A DNA stretch of 64,000 nt. Origin: a virus. This document shows positions 10,406 through 21,268 of the stretch, piece by piece. The translations under genes were made by a program, and so were the position numbers. The stretch is taken from the IMG/VR virus record IMGVR_UViG_3300009147_000001, positions 46,164-110,163 of that record; one strand, written 5' to 3'. The notes under the pieces were generated by a model. That model was not told the DNA's origin, made no database searches, and saw only the letters and a program-made list of their open reading frames with translations. The first letter of the stretch is position 1. The number at the start of each line of letters is the position of its first letter.

Positions 10406-11256
10406 GCATCCCGGAATGCATAGTCCAAGGTACTACTAGTTCCAGTAGCTGCACCGAAACCAATAAAATTATTCCCAGGTACTAAAAAGAACCAATCTGG
10501 ATCGATTAAACTAGAGCGAACGTTACTAACACCATCAAGAAGTACCGTACGATTCCCCGTGTCCACCACCAACTCTTGACCAGTAGTCAGAGTAATATTC
10601 TTAAATGACAAGATGGAATCAGTAGTTTCGTTGGTAATAACAGGATCAGTAATTGGGCCATTGATGGTAAATACTACTGGAGTAGGCCGGTTACCCCCCA
10701 CAGACAGGGTGGCCGAGGCTGGTACCTGGCCACCACCAAAATCCAAGTTAAATCCTAGATTAAAGCCAATACCATTAATAGTAATACTACCAAATGGGAG
10801 CGTACCAGTAACCAAGTCGGAAGAATATATTCGTGGGTCCTCGGCAAACATTAAGAATTGAATGGCGGTCATCCCCGTGCGACGCAGTCGTTCCCAGTCA
10901 TACCGAACCCCTCGTGGTTTGACGAACAGAATGCGCTCCGCTACCCCAGGACCTTTAAAGTAGAAGGCTTGTGCACTAGTAGCCGGAGCAAAGTTATACT
11001 TCAGGGTGTCCATAAAACTTTCTACTGTGGTCGTATCACAGTAGGCAATACCCTCTAGAATAATCTCACGACCCTTTTCAAACTCTGCATCAAAAAATCC
11101 GCCATCGGCACCCTCGTGATCGCGAATAGTTTCCCGAAACGGCGCAGAGTCGAGCCCAGAGACGCGATCTATATCAATGAACGGGACAGAGATAGTATCG
11201 GCATTCAGGACGACCCCGGTACTGGTTAACTGGAAAGTATAATTCGCTAGTGTCAT
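10396..11256 (-). CDS. Distal tail protein (Dit-like)
   Basis: Immediately downstream of tape measure; AEDPRIY, GPITDP, LVPGNN motifs. Confidence 0.8.
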   Translation of the reverse strand: MTLANYTFQLTSTGVVLNADTISVPFIDIDRVSGLDSAPFRETIRDHEGADGGFFDAEFEKGREIILEGIAYCDTTTVESFMDTLKYNFAPATSAQAFYFKGPGVAERILFVKPRGVRYDWERLRRTGMTAIQFLMFAEDPRIYSSDLVTGTLPFGSITINGIGFNLGFNLDFGGGQVPASATLSVGGNRPTPVVFTINGPITDPVITNETTDSILSFKNITLTTGQELVVDTGNRTVLLDGVSNVRSSLIDPDWFFLVPGNNFIGFGAATGTSSTLDYAFRDAWR

Positions 11257-14200
11257 TATGGCCTCGCTCCTAACAAGAAGCCAAGCTCAGCTGCATGACG
11301 CCGTGGATTTATTTCTTGAGTATAAATAGTAAAATTCTGGTTAGTCCCACCAGCTTGGCTTCCACCCATGAGCCCAGGCAGGGCAGTAGCCGGACCGGTC
11401 CCCATCATCGAAGCCACTCGACTGGAAGCCTTAATCAAAGTACCTAATTGACTCGTCATACCTTGCGCAATCAACTTAACAATTGACTGACCTGAGTAGT
11501 ACGGATTGCCTCGACCAGACAACGGTCCAGTTTTAGCTGGTGAGAACGGCAAGTGGTCGCGAATCTTTTTTGTGATACTATCAATTTTGTTAGTAACTTT
11601 ATCCACCATCGATGTCATACCGTCAATAAGTCCCCTAATGATCCGTGCACCGGCATCAAAGAGCCACGTACCTGCATTAGCAAAGAAACCGACAATTTTT
11701 TCAAAGATTCCAGCGATTTTATCATAAATTCGTTGTATCCAAGTGCTAATAGTGGTATAGACGGTACTCCACACTGAACTGACTGCCGAACTCACAGATC
11801 TCCAGATACCAGCAAGAAAGTCTCGAATACCTGAGCTAGTCCCCTTAACCCGTCCACCAATTTTGCCCCAAATGAAGTCCATAAAGGCCGAGATGCCGGT
11901 CCAGATGGCTTTGAATGATCCCGAGATAGCCGACCAGATAGTCTTAAAGAAGCTAGCAATGGCAGTCCATACCGCAACAGCGACTAGCTTTACCGCTTGC
12001 CACGTTGCACTCCAGGCATCATAGAGAATCTTCAAGCTAACGAGGACGAGTGCCAAAATGATAGTAAAGGCAAGCCGAATGATGGCTACAATGAGACCCC
12101 AAACAGACTTAATCAAACCACCAAAGACACTCCAGAACGTCTCCCATATGCCCCGGAGGAAACCTAAAGCACCTAAAATGATACCAGTTATAATAGCCCA
12201 AGCCTGACTGAGAAAGTCAATAATATTCTGCCATACCCCAATAAAGAATTCGGCAACAGAGTTCCAGATACTAACGAAGAAATCAGCCACTGCGTGCAAT
12301 GCTTTTGGTATTTCCGTCTTAAACCAATTTATTAGCTTTCGAATCCACCCAATAACGGTATTAATAACTATTATCATTGCGGTAAAGGCTGCACCAACAG
12401 CAAGAATGGCTAATACTAGTGGTCCAACCATGACCACCACGAGGACACCAGTAATAACCGCCGCAATAATAGCAAACCACTTAGCTAACTGGATAATAAT
12501 TGGCATAAACGCCCTAATGTTATCCTGATTACTTTTTATCCAATTATTGAATAGTCGCCAGGCAGGAATAATAACATTATTCAACACACTACCAATAAGA
12601 GCGAATCCCTTGCCGATCAAATCAGCAATAATTCGCGCAGTTTCCTTTACTTTAGGCAAAACCTGGGTGAACATAAATTTCACCCAATCAGCAAAGGCTG
12701 GAATCACTTCATCCTTAATAAGCTTCCATAGCTTACTGAGGGATGGAACTAAATTCTTCTCAAACTCACTGACTATATCCTGAACGAATGGGACAATAAC
12801 ATCTTTCCATAGCGTAACTATCGCGTCTTTAACTGAAATGAGCATGTCACGGAATTTGGCACTGCGTTGCCACGCGATGATTATGCCCGCACCCAGCCCA
12901 GCAAAGGCAGCAATAACCCCAGCGAGCACGCCACCAACAATGAGTAACGACGTTCCAGCCGTCGCCACCACTGCAATAAATGCCGCTAGTCCACCCACCA
13001 GCAGTAGCACCACTCCGAGCAATGCGGTAAAACCGGCCGCGATCGCTGCCCCCACAGCCAAGAGCTTTTGCTGCTGTGGTGATAGTTTATTGAACCACTC
13101 TAGAACCTGGCCGACGGCGTTTACTACCTTTATGAAGGTTGGAATGAGTGCCTCACCGGCCATTTCCTTAACTGCTTTCCACCGATTGGACAGCAGTTGA
13201 CTGGAAGATGCAGCGGTATTGGCCATCTTTTTATAAGCTGCTTCGAACTGACCACTAGCCCCGGCCATGTCGGTAAGGAATCCCTTGAACTCCTCCAACT
13301 CACCTGGTTTCAGCAGAACCTGTTCAATGAACCGTCTAGCTTGAATAGTTCCACCGGCACCCTTTAGTATTTCTACTAATGTCTTAACCCGATCGGCTGG
13401 TGGCATCTGGTTGAGCTTAACACGCAACTCACTTAAAACATCAACAAGCGGTCGGAAGTTTCCCTTGATATCTCTAACCTGAACACCAAGCTCCCCCAAC
13501 CGTTCTACAGTCTTGGGATTGGACATCGCATCCAAGGCCCGCGCCCCTGATGCTGCCGCCATCGCCGCAGTCAAACCATTACGGGTAAGGAAAGCCAACA
13601 TGCCCGCAACAGTTTCAAAGCTTTGGCCGGCTCGGTTGGCCGATGGAGTAATTCGACCAAAGACTCGGGCGAACTCCTCATAGGTACCGACACCCTTACG
13701 AACCAACTGGAATTGTATATCTAATACTTTATTAACATCCTTTAATGGTATATTAAGCGCGTTCATAATGGCAATGGTGCCGCGCCCAGCCGCTTCAATA
13801 GTAGTTTGGCCAGCTACCGCAGCCTTGGCAAATCCAATAAGAAGTAACTCAGATTCCGCAAGGTTCGCCTTAGTGGACGAAAAAATATCAAATAGCGCTG
13901 GTTGAATTTGCTCGAATGGCACGGCGATGTTACGTGCCACTTTTAGTCCAATTTGACTCAGCTCCTCCAGAGTTGCCTTAAAACCATCCACCTGGGTACT
14001 CGTGAGGGCAACTTGACGTTGATATTCTACTGCTGTCTTCACCATATTATTCATGGCAGCGACAGTAATAACACCAACGCCCGTGAAGACAAAGCCCATA
14101 GATGTGGCAACTTGGCTGACCGTAGTCATCGAGTGGGATAAATATTGTAATCGTCGAGCGTGCAGATCGGCCGCATTGGCATTGAGTTGCAACTGCTGAG

Positions 14201-14522
14201 CCGCACGTTCCAGCGCTACCTGTTGACCTCGTAGACTATTAATATGGTCTCGGTTAGCCAGCATTTCTAGCCGCATGGCGCGAATGGAATCTTCCGAGGC
14301 GCCGAGCAGTCGGGCGCGCTGAATAGAAGTACCCATCATGGACTGATTGAGTCGTGCCTCAGCCAATGCCGAAGCAACGCTTGCCCGCGCCGCCTGATTA
14401 TGCGCCATCGCCACTGCGTCACCTGCACCCCGAACATTGCGTGTGAATGATCGAAGCGCGCGATTAGCTTCATCACGCGCTTTTAAGACCAGCCACATGT
14501 CTCGGGTGGCACTGAATGGCAC
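11256..14522 (-). CDS. Tape measure protein
   Basis: 1088 aa, Ala-rich helical core, TM-like segments, periodic Trp repeats. Confidence 0.93.
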   Translation of the reverse strand: MPFSATRDMWLVLKARDEANRALRSFTRNVRGAGDAVAMAHNQAARASVASALAEARLNQSMMGTSIQRARLLGASEDSIRAMRLEMLANRDHINSLRGQQVALERAAQQLQLNANAADLHARRLQYLSHSMTTVSQVATSMGFVFTGVGVITVAAMNNMVKTAVEYQRQVALTSTQVDGFKATLEELSQIGLKVARNIAVPFEQIQPALFDIFSSTKANLAESELLLIGFAKAAVAGQTTIEAAGRGTIAIMNALNIPLKDVNKVLDIQFQLVRKGVGTYEEFARVFGRITPSANRAGQSFETVAGMLAFLTRNGLTAAMAAASGARALDAMSNPKTVERLGELGVQVRDIKGNFRPLVDVLSELRVKLNQMPPADRVKTLVEILKGAGGTIQARRFIEQVLLKPGELEEFKGFLTDMAGASGQFEAAYKKMANTAASSSQLLSNRWKAVKEMAGEALIPTFIKVVNAVGQVLEWFNKLSPQQQKLLAVGAAIAAGFTALLGVVLLLVGGLAAFIAVVATAGTSLLIVGGVLAGVIAAFAGLGAGIIIAWQRSAKFRDMLISVKDAIVTLWKDVIVPFVQDIVSEFEKNLVPSLSKLWKLIKDEVIPAFADWVKFMFTQVLPKVKETARIIADLIGKGFALIGSVLNNVIIPAWRLFNNWIKSNQDNIRAFMPIIIQLAKWFAIIAAVITGVLVVVMVGPLVLAILAVGAAFTAMIIVINTVIGWIRKLINWFKTEIPKALHAVADFFVSIWNSVAEFFIGVWQNIIDFLSQAWAIITGIILGALGFLRGIWETFWSVFGGLIKSVWGLIVAIIRLAFTIILALVLVSLKILYDAWSATWQAVKLVAVAVWTAIASFFKTIWSAISGSFKAIWTGISAFMDFIWGKIGGRVKGTSSGIRDFLAGIWRSVSSAVSSVWSTVYTTISTWIQRIYDKIAGIFEKIVGFFANAGTWLFDAGARIIRGLIDGMTSMVDKVTNKIDSITKKIRDHLPFSPAKTGPLSGRGNPYYSGQSIVKLIAQGMTSQLGTLIKASSRVASMMGTGPATALPGLMGGSQAGGTNQNFTIYTQEINPRRHAAELGFLLGARP

Positions 14523-14531
14523 AATTGCTCC

Positions 14532-14759
14532 TCAGTGAGTTTTCTTACTATCCAACTCCGCTCGTTGCGTCCGCCATACCAGAATGTAGTTTAGAAAGTA
14601 GACAAATAAAGAATCTTGGTCCAATAATCCGCCAGCACGTGGTAAAGTATGCAACTCCAAACATATACCGACGATTTCAAAAATTAACTCAGCTTCTCGG
14701 GATACTCTTACTCGATTAGGTACGAATATTGCCTTCCGTACCTCTTCTAAGAGTTTTTT
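14532..14759 (-). CDS. Tail assembly chaperone -1 frameshift extension (GT)
   Basis: Slippery heptamer A AAA AAC at ~14754-14760; -1 frame reads KLLEEVRK...LPRAGGLLDQD...KKTH*, ending just before the TMP RBS. Confidence 0.8.
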   Translation of the reverse strand, partial: KKLLEEVRKAIFVPNRVRVSREAELIFEIVGICLELHTLPRAGGLLDQDSLFVYFLNYILVWRTQRAELDSKKTH

Positions 14760-15124
14760 ATTTCTGGTTTCTCCTCAAAGTTGTTTACCTCATCGATATA
14801 GCGACCAATCTCTTCACCCACTCTGATATCCAGTCGCCGAACATCAACTTGATTCTTAAAATTGAGTAGTTTACCATTTTCATCAGTCAAATTGTGTTCA
14901 ACAACACAATTGGCGAAGTCCCAGAGTGTAACCTCTTCCTGGTTCATTTCTACTTCACCGGAGAAGTCTCGATTGGTAGGATTACCACCAACCAAGAATT
15001 TAGTCATCATACCCGTACGCTTTAACGATTCGCCGTAGGTCATCCGTCGGACCACAACATACGCTTCAGGTAGCGTCTTTAGGTCAAATCGCTCAGTATC
15101 ACTCGTAATAGTCGCAACAGGCAC
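14747..15124 (-). CDS. Tail assembly chaperone (G)
   Basis: Between tail tube and TMP; GGAGG RBS at 15131-15135 supports GTG at 15124 rather than 15217; ends at A AAA AAC TCT TAG. Confidence 0.8.
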   Translation of the reverse strand: MPVATITSDTERFDLKTLPEAYVVVRRMTYGESLKRTGMMTKFLVGGNPTNRDFSGEVEMNQEEVTLWDFANCVVEHNLTDENGKLLNFKNQVDVRRLDIRVGEEIGRYIDEVNNFEEKPEIKNS

Positions 15125-15240
15125 CAGTGCCCTCCAATATATTCTGAAGATAATATAGCCAATAAAACTTTTTAAACTCAGTATTATGGAGTATAGTCCA
15201 TATACTAGGTAGTTCACATATCATCCTCCAGCGACTATTT

Positions 15241-16506
15241 CTATAGTATGTCTTCCTGTGTCTTCAATGTAATTTGCCATGACTTACCAGTGCTGTCAAT
15301 AACGTTCTGATAGGCAATACTAGCCCGAACAATATCGCCCTGACCAGACAAACCAACCTCAAAGGTATCTTTGATCGCCACTGGAGCAAGAATAACAATA
15401 TTATTGTTTACACCCTTAGTAGCCGTCAAAGTAACACTCTGCGAGGTAACCGACTTAAACAAATCATAATCAGTCCGAGCCTCGAAATCACGTTCCATAT
15501 TCATTGTCGAATTACGCTCACCAAACTTCATAAACTGCGCGCCACGACCAGTATCCTTGAGGCGGAACTGTGCCTCTGCGTTGTCTTCTACGGCAAACTC
15601 GAAGGTATCAGTATCAAAAACCTGTGTGCCGGTGGGGATTTCAATTTTGAACATGCCAGCGCCGAATGGAGTAGTGGTTGGCCACGTTGGCGTGGGTAGC
15701 GACTGCACTGCCTCGTCTCGGCCCATCATACTGGTGTTAAATGTTAAAATTCCATCCGCGATACCAAAAGTGAAGCTTGACGTCACACAGCCAGTATAGC
15801 CAAATACCAAACCGTTACGCACAAAAGTCAACGACAGGGTTCGTACTGGCACGGCTGCCGAGGTAGGAGTAAACGTGTAGGTAAAGTTTGGTGATGTACC
15901 GGTTTTAGCAATAGATGTGCGGGAGGCGTAGAGGAAGTAGGCAATAACGTCTTCCAGTGACTCCATATCTAAGTCGCCTTCGACATGGTAGTTGCCCGCT
16001 ACTGCCCCGATAACATCGGCATTCTGTCGAATTGGTCGACGCCAAATGGTGTCTTGCTGAACCACCAATGACTCAGAGTTAAAGGGAAAGAATTTGGTTG
16101 GTGCATAATAGGTACCTGAGTTAGCAGCGGTGTTCTGCGCAGGAAAAGCGCCTGCCGGTGAGCCAGGTGAGGTATCAATATCAGACGTGACTGCACCCAC
16201 TGTCTTATACAGTAGTTCGGTGCCAGTTGCGCCACCTGCGGCAGTCTTATACAGTTTATATCCAGTTGCACCAACAACGGCAGCCCAGGTAACAGTCACC
16301 GTAGACGTGGAACCGGTAGTAACAATCGTCTGTTCGTTGCTCGCGGTGGTTTCACCATTAGTATTAATTGCTGTCACCACATACTTGTAAGTGCCTGCGG
16401 TAATGGTGCCACCAGTGGCTGCGGTGGCTAATGCTGATTGTACTGGCGGAGATAACTGCTCAAAGGCAAGACCACCTATACCACCCGCGCCAATTCCAAT
16501 AGCCAT
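15241..16506 (-). CDS. Major tail tube protein with N-proximal FN3/Ig-like insertion
   Basis: Size, synteny, YTFTP and GYTGCVTSSFTF motifs. Confidence 0.85.
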   Translation of the reverse strand: MAIGIGAGGIGGLAFEQLSPPVQSALATAATGGTITAGTYKYVVTAINTNGETTASNEQTIVTTGSTSTVTVTWAAVVGATGYKLYKTAAGGATGTELLYKTVGAVTSDIDTSPGSPAGAFPAQNTAANSGTYYAPTKFFPFNSESLVVQQDTIWRRPIRQNADVIGAVAGNYHVEGDLDMESLEDVIAYFLYASRTSIAKTGTSPNFTYTFTPTSAAVPVRTLSLTFVRNGLVFGYTGCVTSSFTFGIADGILTFNTSMMGRDEAVQSLPTPTWPTTTPFGAGMFKIEIPTGTQVFDTDTFEFAVEDNAEAQFRLKDTGRGAQFMKFGERNSTMNMERDFEARTDYDLFKSVTSQSVTLTATKGVNNNIVILAPVAIKDTFEVGLSGQGDIVRASIAYQNVIDSTGKSWQITLKTQEDIL

Positions 16507-16509
16507 AGT

Positions 16510-16704
16510 TTACTTTTCACCTCCCTCATCCAACACGGCAACGATACTTACAAAACGTGGGAATTTTGCCTCAGTGATGGAAACATTGTTCATAGCCTGA
16601 AACAACTTCAGATCGTCATCGTCCAGTACGACCGGAGCGTTCACAGGTAGTAGCCCAATCCCATCAATCAGGCATTCACGATCGGAAACTATTTCGAAAT
16701 GCAT
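16510..16704 (-). CDS. Hypothetical protein
   Basis: Coupled ORF with GGAG RBS. Confidence 0.6.
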   Translation of the reverse strand: MHFEIVSDRECLIDGIGLLPVNAPVVLDDDDLKLFQAMNNVSITEAKFPRFVSIVAVLDEGGEK

Positions 16705-16712
16705 GAACGCTC

Positions 16713-17177
16713 CTAAACTGGTGCTGCTGGTGGCGAGAGATAAGTATGGGTTTTTCCCTCATACGTCATAATAACAGTGCGAAACATACCACCAGTGCTT
16801 ACCGTTGTTTCCCCTCGCTCTACACTAGAAATAAATCCATGAATTATTATACCATTCAGCGTTGTATCCTTATGAATCAACTTTTCTAATTCGTAAGCTC
16901 GGTCATCCACCCTTTTCCGCTCTGTTGCTTCATCTCCCACTCTACTCCAGTGTAGTTGAATAGAAACCATGAGCCTATTTTCCGTACGTCCACCCGGTTG
17001 AGACACTCCAACAAGTGCCCGAACTTTCCCCTGTGGCGACACTACTGCCACGGCATTTGCAGGAATTAAGGTATGATTCCCATATAATACCATTTCCAAT
17101 TCCAGATCGACCAGATTATTACTAATAATATCATAGATAGCCTGAGCAATCGCTTCATCACGATCAGTATGAGTCAT
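16713..17177 (-). CDS. Tail terminator-like protein
   Basis: Synteny; DTTLNG motif. Confidence 0.6.
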   Translation of the reverse strand: MTHTDRDEAIAQAIYDIISNNLVDLELEMVLYGNHTLIPANAVAVVSPQGKVRALVGVSQPGGRTENRLMVSIQLHWSRVGDEATERKRVDDRAYELEKLIHKDTTLNGIIIHGFISSVERGETTVSTGGMFRTVIMTYEGKTHTYLSPPAAPV

Positions 17178-17914
17178 ATATTATCACGACCCCAATGTTT
17201 ATCCACTCGTTCTGACAACCAGGTAAAGAATATACTATAGATTTCTACTTCTTCTTCCAATGTTAATTGAATAAATGGTCGAGGAGGAAGCTTACCAAAA
17301 CCACGACCAGATTGAACACTACTAACATCAATTACCGGACCAGCGCGAACACCAGGAGGTAATTCACCAATACCAAACGGACCAGGTGTCGGCCTGTCAA
17401 ATCTTCTAATATGGGTTTCCAGCCGTTGAGCCATACGAGTACCTGGCTCACGAGCACCAAATTGATGAAATCGTGCATATGGTATCTTTTGCGTGAAATA
17501 ACTAACACGTAACTTCAACTCGCTGTTGCGGACATCCCAAATATTTTTTCTCGTAGCACCACGTTTTAATCGACCACTCTTATCCAAAATTGGTCCACGG
17601 GGATATCCTTCTATCAACCTATTATAGATAGTTTTCTTACTGAGCTTTTTCCATGGTGGACGACCTTGTGCGGCAAAATTTTTAATAATCGACGGAACTA
17701 CAACAAAATTTAATGACCTAACTAATGGTTCCCTGAATGTAAGGAACTCCATGCTAAGCTTATCAATCGACCGTGCAGTTACCGCAACTCCATGCTCAAA
17801 AGCATAGTTCGGATTTATTTCGATCATTGGCAACTCTAAACCGTAAGTAAGTGCCTCAGCAATAATAAACGGTGTTGGCTTAGGAAAACGTCGCCCTCGA
17901 CCCATAATAGCCAT
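17174..17914 (-). CDS. Virion morphogenesis/tail completion protein (Mu gpG-like)
   Basis: QGRPPWKKLS, ILDKSGRL, YARFHQFG, LPPRPF motifs. Confidence 0.8.
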   Translation of the reverse strand: MAIMGRGRRFPKPTPFIIAEALTYGLELPMIEINPNYAFEHGVAVTARSIDKLSMEFLTFREPLVRSLNFVVVPSIIKNFAAQGRPPWKKLSKKTIYNRLIEGYPRGPILDKSGRLKRGATRKNIWDVRNSELKLRVSYFTQKIPYARFHQFGAREPGTRMAQRLETHIRRFDRPTPGPFGIGELPPGVRAGPVIDVSSVQSGRGFGKLPPRPFIQLTLEEEVEIYSIFFTWLSERVDKHWGRDNI

Positions 17915-17916
17915 AA

Positions 17917-18366
17917 TTAAAATCGCTTACCCATGGAGAACTTAGCTGGTCCTAGCGATAGGTCTTCACTTGTTGGCTGCTCTGCTGACGACAGATCATT
18001 AGGATAAAATGCCGCTACTGCTCCTGACTCACTTTCCATTCCTGGAATATCAATGGTCCCATCAAGAATACCAGTAATGAGCAATTCAGCATTTGCTCGA
18101 AGCATAGCAGCATAATCGTTACCACTCGTTTGGTCTTCACTATACTGGCGATCATAAAACCAGGCTACATAGGTTTTGGCAATAATTACCCGAACGAGGC
18201 GCGGAGTGGTTGCTGCATCAATCCAAGTGGATGTATCGTAAACACCGCCTATCCGAGCAAGAACTTCTTCTTCGATTTGCTGACAAAGATCAGTATCCAG
18301 CGTGGACAGGTCAAGTTTAGTACGTTCACCCCATCCCTGCGCCTCGCTCGCGGTAATTCGTGCCAT
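17917..18366 (-). CDS. Head-tail adaptor
   Basis: Synteny downstream of capsid; size. Confidence 0.6.
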   Translation of the reverse strand: MARITASEAQGWGERTKLDLSTLDTDLCQQIEEEVLARIGGVYDTSTWIDAATTPRLVRVIIAKTYVAWFYDRQYSEDQTSGNDYAAMLRANAELLITGILDGTIDIPGMESESGAVAAFYPNDLSSAEQPTSEDLSLGPAKFSMGKRF

Positions 18367-18374
18367 GGTAAACC

Positions 18375-18659
18375 TTATTCCTTCGGCGGTTCAGTTGATG
18401 CTTCCACCGGCTCTACTGGCTTTTCTGTTGCGTCTCCGGCACTAAGGTCCTCGTCTTTAGTTGCATCAATAATATCATCCTTAGCCGGAACTTCCGCAGT
18501 TGGTTCTTCATCCACAACACGAACCTCAACCGCGCCACTTTCATGAAGCTGGACCAACTGTTCCCGTGTGAATTTTTCAGTATCAATTTCATCACCAGCA
18601 GCAAAAAACGTGTCCGAGTTTAGCTTAACATTAGTAACCGCAAAGATCTTTTTAGGCAT
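18375..18659 (-). CDS. Small acidic head-associated protein
   Basis: AAGGAGG RBS before MPKK start. Confidence 0.55.
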   Translation of the reverse strand: MPKKIFAVTNVKLNSDTFFAAGDEIDTEKFTREQLVQLHESGAVEVRVVDEEPTAEVPAKDDIIDATKDEDLSAGDATEKPVEPVEASTEPPKE

Positions 18660-18675
18660 AACGATATCCTCCTTA

Positions 18676-19656
18676 TTATGCAATTGCAGCTTTAATGAGG
18701 TATCCGGCGATTGCCTTACCAGCATCAGAGCTACCAGCATCGCCCTGAGCAACTAGCTTTAGGTCATAGCGACGGGCAGCTCGAATCAAATCAGACTTAC
18801 GTGGTTCCTCTCGCCACCGATCCACATACTGGGTACCCCAGGTAAATTCGTAGCCAAAGGCTGGAATCTTCAAACCTGGTCGAGGTGGTACCCACGCCAT
18901 AACGACGTCCTTACCCCACAGGTAACCAAGCGATGGGCTCTGGCCTAGGTTGGCGGAGTTAATACCCACACCCGGCACGACAGTCGTGCTAAAGCCCAAT
19001 ACCGCAGAAAGCAACTCAGGAGAGAAGATTGCTCGCTCCGAGTACTTCACCCGCTCCAGGAAGTCTGGGTGGTCTTCCAATGCTGCCATTACCTGATAAG
19101 GAACAACCAGAGTATTTGGCTCCATGAAGATACGAGCGTGTACGGCCGACTTACCTGTACGCAGGTCGGAAATCGGGTCTGATGTCGCATAGTTAGCTGA
19201 GTTCCACTGCGCACCACCAGAAAGTGTAGTACTCAAACCGGAAGCGTAGTTACCTGTGGTGGTAACCAGGTTCTTAATAGCTACCTCTCGACCAAGCATG
19301 ATTTTCGAAGTAACCATCTCAGTAGCATCGCGATCCGGTGCAAGTGGGGAATCAACATTCTCCCGCTCCTCATCGGTAACCGCAATCTGAAGTGAGTGCT
19401 CCCGAGCGTAGTAGGTATCCGTCGAGACAGACAGACCAGTAACCTCGTTTGCCACTGAACCAGGTGCCCGGTCATCAATTTCGGGCAACCAGCCTTCCCG
19501 GCCAAAAATGTAATACTTGTCCGACTGCTTCATTACTCGAACGCTAGGAAAAAGCCGTTCGCCAACGAGTCCATTGTTCGGCCACGCCACGCTGATTTGT
19601 GTGAGAACCTGATCGATATGAACGTTACCAGAACCGGTCGGATTGTAAACTGCCAT
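18676..19656 (-). CDS. Major capsid protein
   Basis: 326 aa after decoration and protease genes; RAPG, PNTLV, LWGKD, FGYEF motifs. Confidence 0.88.
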   Translation of the reverse strand: MAVYNPTGSGNVHIDQVLTQISVAWPNNGLVGERLFPSVRVMKQSDKYYIFGREGWLPEIDDRAPGSVANEVTGLSVSTDTYYAREHSLQIAVTDEERENVDSPLAPDRDATEMVTSKIMLGREVAIKNLVTTTGNYASGLSTTLSGGAQWNSANYATSDPISDLRTGKSAVHARIFMEPNTLVVPYQVMAALEDHPDFLERVKYSERAIFSPELLSAVLGFSTTVVPGVGINSANLGQSPSLGYLWGKDVVMAWVPPRPGLKIPAFGYEFTWGTQYVDRWREEPRKSDLIRAARRYDLKLVAQGDAGSSDAGKAIAGYLIKAAIA

Positions 19657-19680
19657 GGGTTATATTCACCTCCCTCAGAA

Positions 19681-20127
19681 TTAGGCGCCGAACTGGACAG
19701 CAGGAGTCAGATATACGTCAATAAGGTCGTTGGCTGCAACAGTACCACCAGGAACTGACATGCCCACCACAAAACCAGTTAGTTGTGCAGTTGCACCAGT
19801 AGCCAGAATCACACCGCCACCAGTACTCGCCATCACCCGAGAACCCAAAACAATGCTGGTACCAGTGGTAACAAGTACTTTACTAATACCACCAATACGC
19901 ACGTTGGCAATAGCTTTGCCTGTGGCTACCTTGGTTGCATCGATGTTTTCCTGGACAATACCAAGAACCAGGTTTCCAGCTGTGTTAACAGCTTGAATGT
20001 CAATGTATCCGATACTGGAGCTAACAGAATACTTTACACACCGAAAAGCTAAAACACCCGCTGCTGCCGATGAGTTATACGTTGGTAGTACTGGATAGCC
20101 CTTGTCTAACCCAATAAAATTAGCCAT
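19681..20127 (-). CDS. Capsid decoration/cement protein
   Basis: Small G/A/V-rich protein between scaffold and MCP. Confidence 0.7.
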   Translation of the reverse strand: MANFIGLDKGYPVLPTYNSSAAAGVLAFRCVKYSVSSSIGYIDIQAVNTAGNLVLGIVQENIDATKVATGKAIANVRIGGISKVLVTTGTSIVLGSRVMASTGGGVILATGATAQLTGFVVGMSVPGGTVAANDLIDVYLTPAVQFGA

Positions 20128-21241
20128 TCGTGTTCACCAACTCCCGGCGGTAGTTGTTGTACAGTGCCGGGTTATCCCGCGTGACTGCCTCGACAGCATC
20201 GGCATAGTTGGCATTGTTTGCCTTCTGGTAAAGGGAAACTGCCTCACTGAACTGCTGAAGCGCACTCTTTGGATTACCATAATTAACGGTGGCACCAGCT
20301 CGCTCACCAAGTTCAACCAGGAACGACGAAGACTTCTTCATGTCATTGAGCAACGCCCAAAAGTCCTCGGAAAGTTCAGTGGGCATCTTCTTGAGTAGTG
20401 CAAAGACTCGCTCCCGAGCAACCGGAGTAAGAACAATTTTAGTTCGGTCAAACTCCGCCAGGCGACGCTCAATTTCCTCTTCCTTGAGTCGACGCTGAGT
20501 CTGCTCCAAGTCAAGATTTTGCGTCTGCACGTGGGCCAGCAACGTACGGACCATTGGGTTTTCTTCAGCGAGCGCCTTTAGTTCAGGAATATCTTCAAGG
20601 TTCATTGGCTGAGGATTAGGCGGTGTTTGTGTCTTTGTTTCAGAAAGCTTGGTAGCAACTCCGTCAACAATTTTCTTCAGATCGTCATCGGACAATGGCA
20701 TGTTGGAACCTCCCTTCAGGGAATCGATGTCCTTACCGGTAACAGCCGCGACCAGCTCGAAGGCATTAACGGTAGTTAATTCGGATAAGTTAATTGGCAC
20801 AAGATTCTTCATGAAGGGACGGTTGGTCAACGCGCCACCAAAGAATACATCTTTGTGCTTAGTTCCAGCTGAATCTTCCCACTCGTCAAAAAATTCAGTT
20901 GAAAAGTAACGAAACGCCTTGTCCTTAATTTTGCGAACTGCATCAGTGGTCCACTCGACCAACACCCACAGGCCATCGGAGCGCGCTTGTGCGTCCTTGA
21001 CCCAACCAGCCGCTTCACCATCGCCCTCGTGCATATAGTTTATGCTTGGGTCAATGCCACGGACCTTATTTTTGACACTCTCGACAAAGCCTTTTACTCG
21101 ATCACTGGTGATGTCAATTGTGCCAAAGAGTGGATGCTTAAACGCGCCATGTGTGAGTGCATGTACCCACGTTGAAGTTGGCTGATCTTCGGAAAAGGTC
21201 AGACCACCAATATCAACGAGATACGAAGCTTTTACTGTCAT
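20120..21241 (-). CDS. Mu-like prohead protease/scaffold (gpI-like)
   Basis: H..EAAGW, FRYFSTEF, ALTNRPF; helical C-terminal scaffold. Confidence 0.88.
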   Translation of the reverse strand: MTVKASYLVDIGGLTFSEDQPTSTWVHALTHGAFKHPLFGTIDITSDRVKGFVESVKNKVRGIDPSINYMHEGDGEAAGWVKDAQARSDGLWVLVEWTTDAVRKIKDKAFRYFSTEFFDEWEDSAGTKHKDVFFGGALTNRPFMKNLVPINLSELTTVNAFELVAAVTGKDIDSLKGGSNMPLSDDDLKKIVDGVATKLSETKTQTPPNPQPMNLEDIPELKALAEENPMVRTLLAHVQTQNLDLEQTQRRLKEEEIERRLAEFDRTKIVLTPVARERVFALLKKMPTELSEDFWALLNDMKKSSSFLVELGERAGATVNYGNPKSALQQFSEAVSLYQKANNANYADAVEAVTRDNPALYNNYRRELVNTNG

Positions 21242-21268
21242 AAGTAATCCGACCTCTTCCTATTTCCC

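Noticed and set aside
14532-15124. Tail chaperone -1 frameshift as a novelty
   Set aside because: Well-established G/GT mechanism; listed as a feature only.
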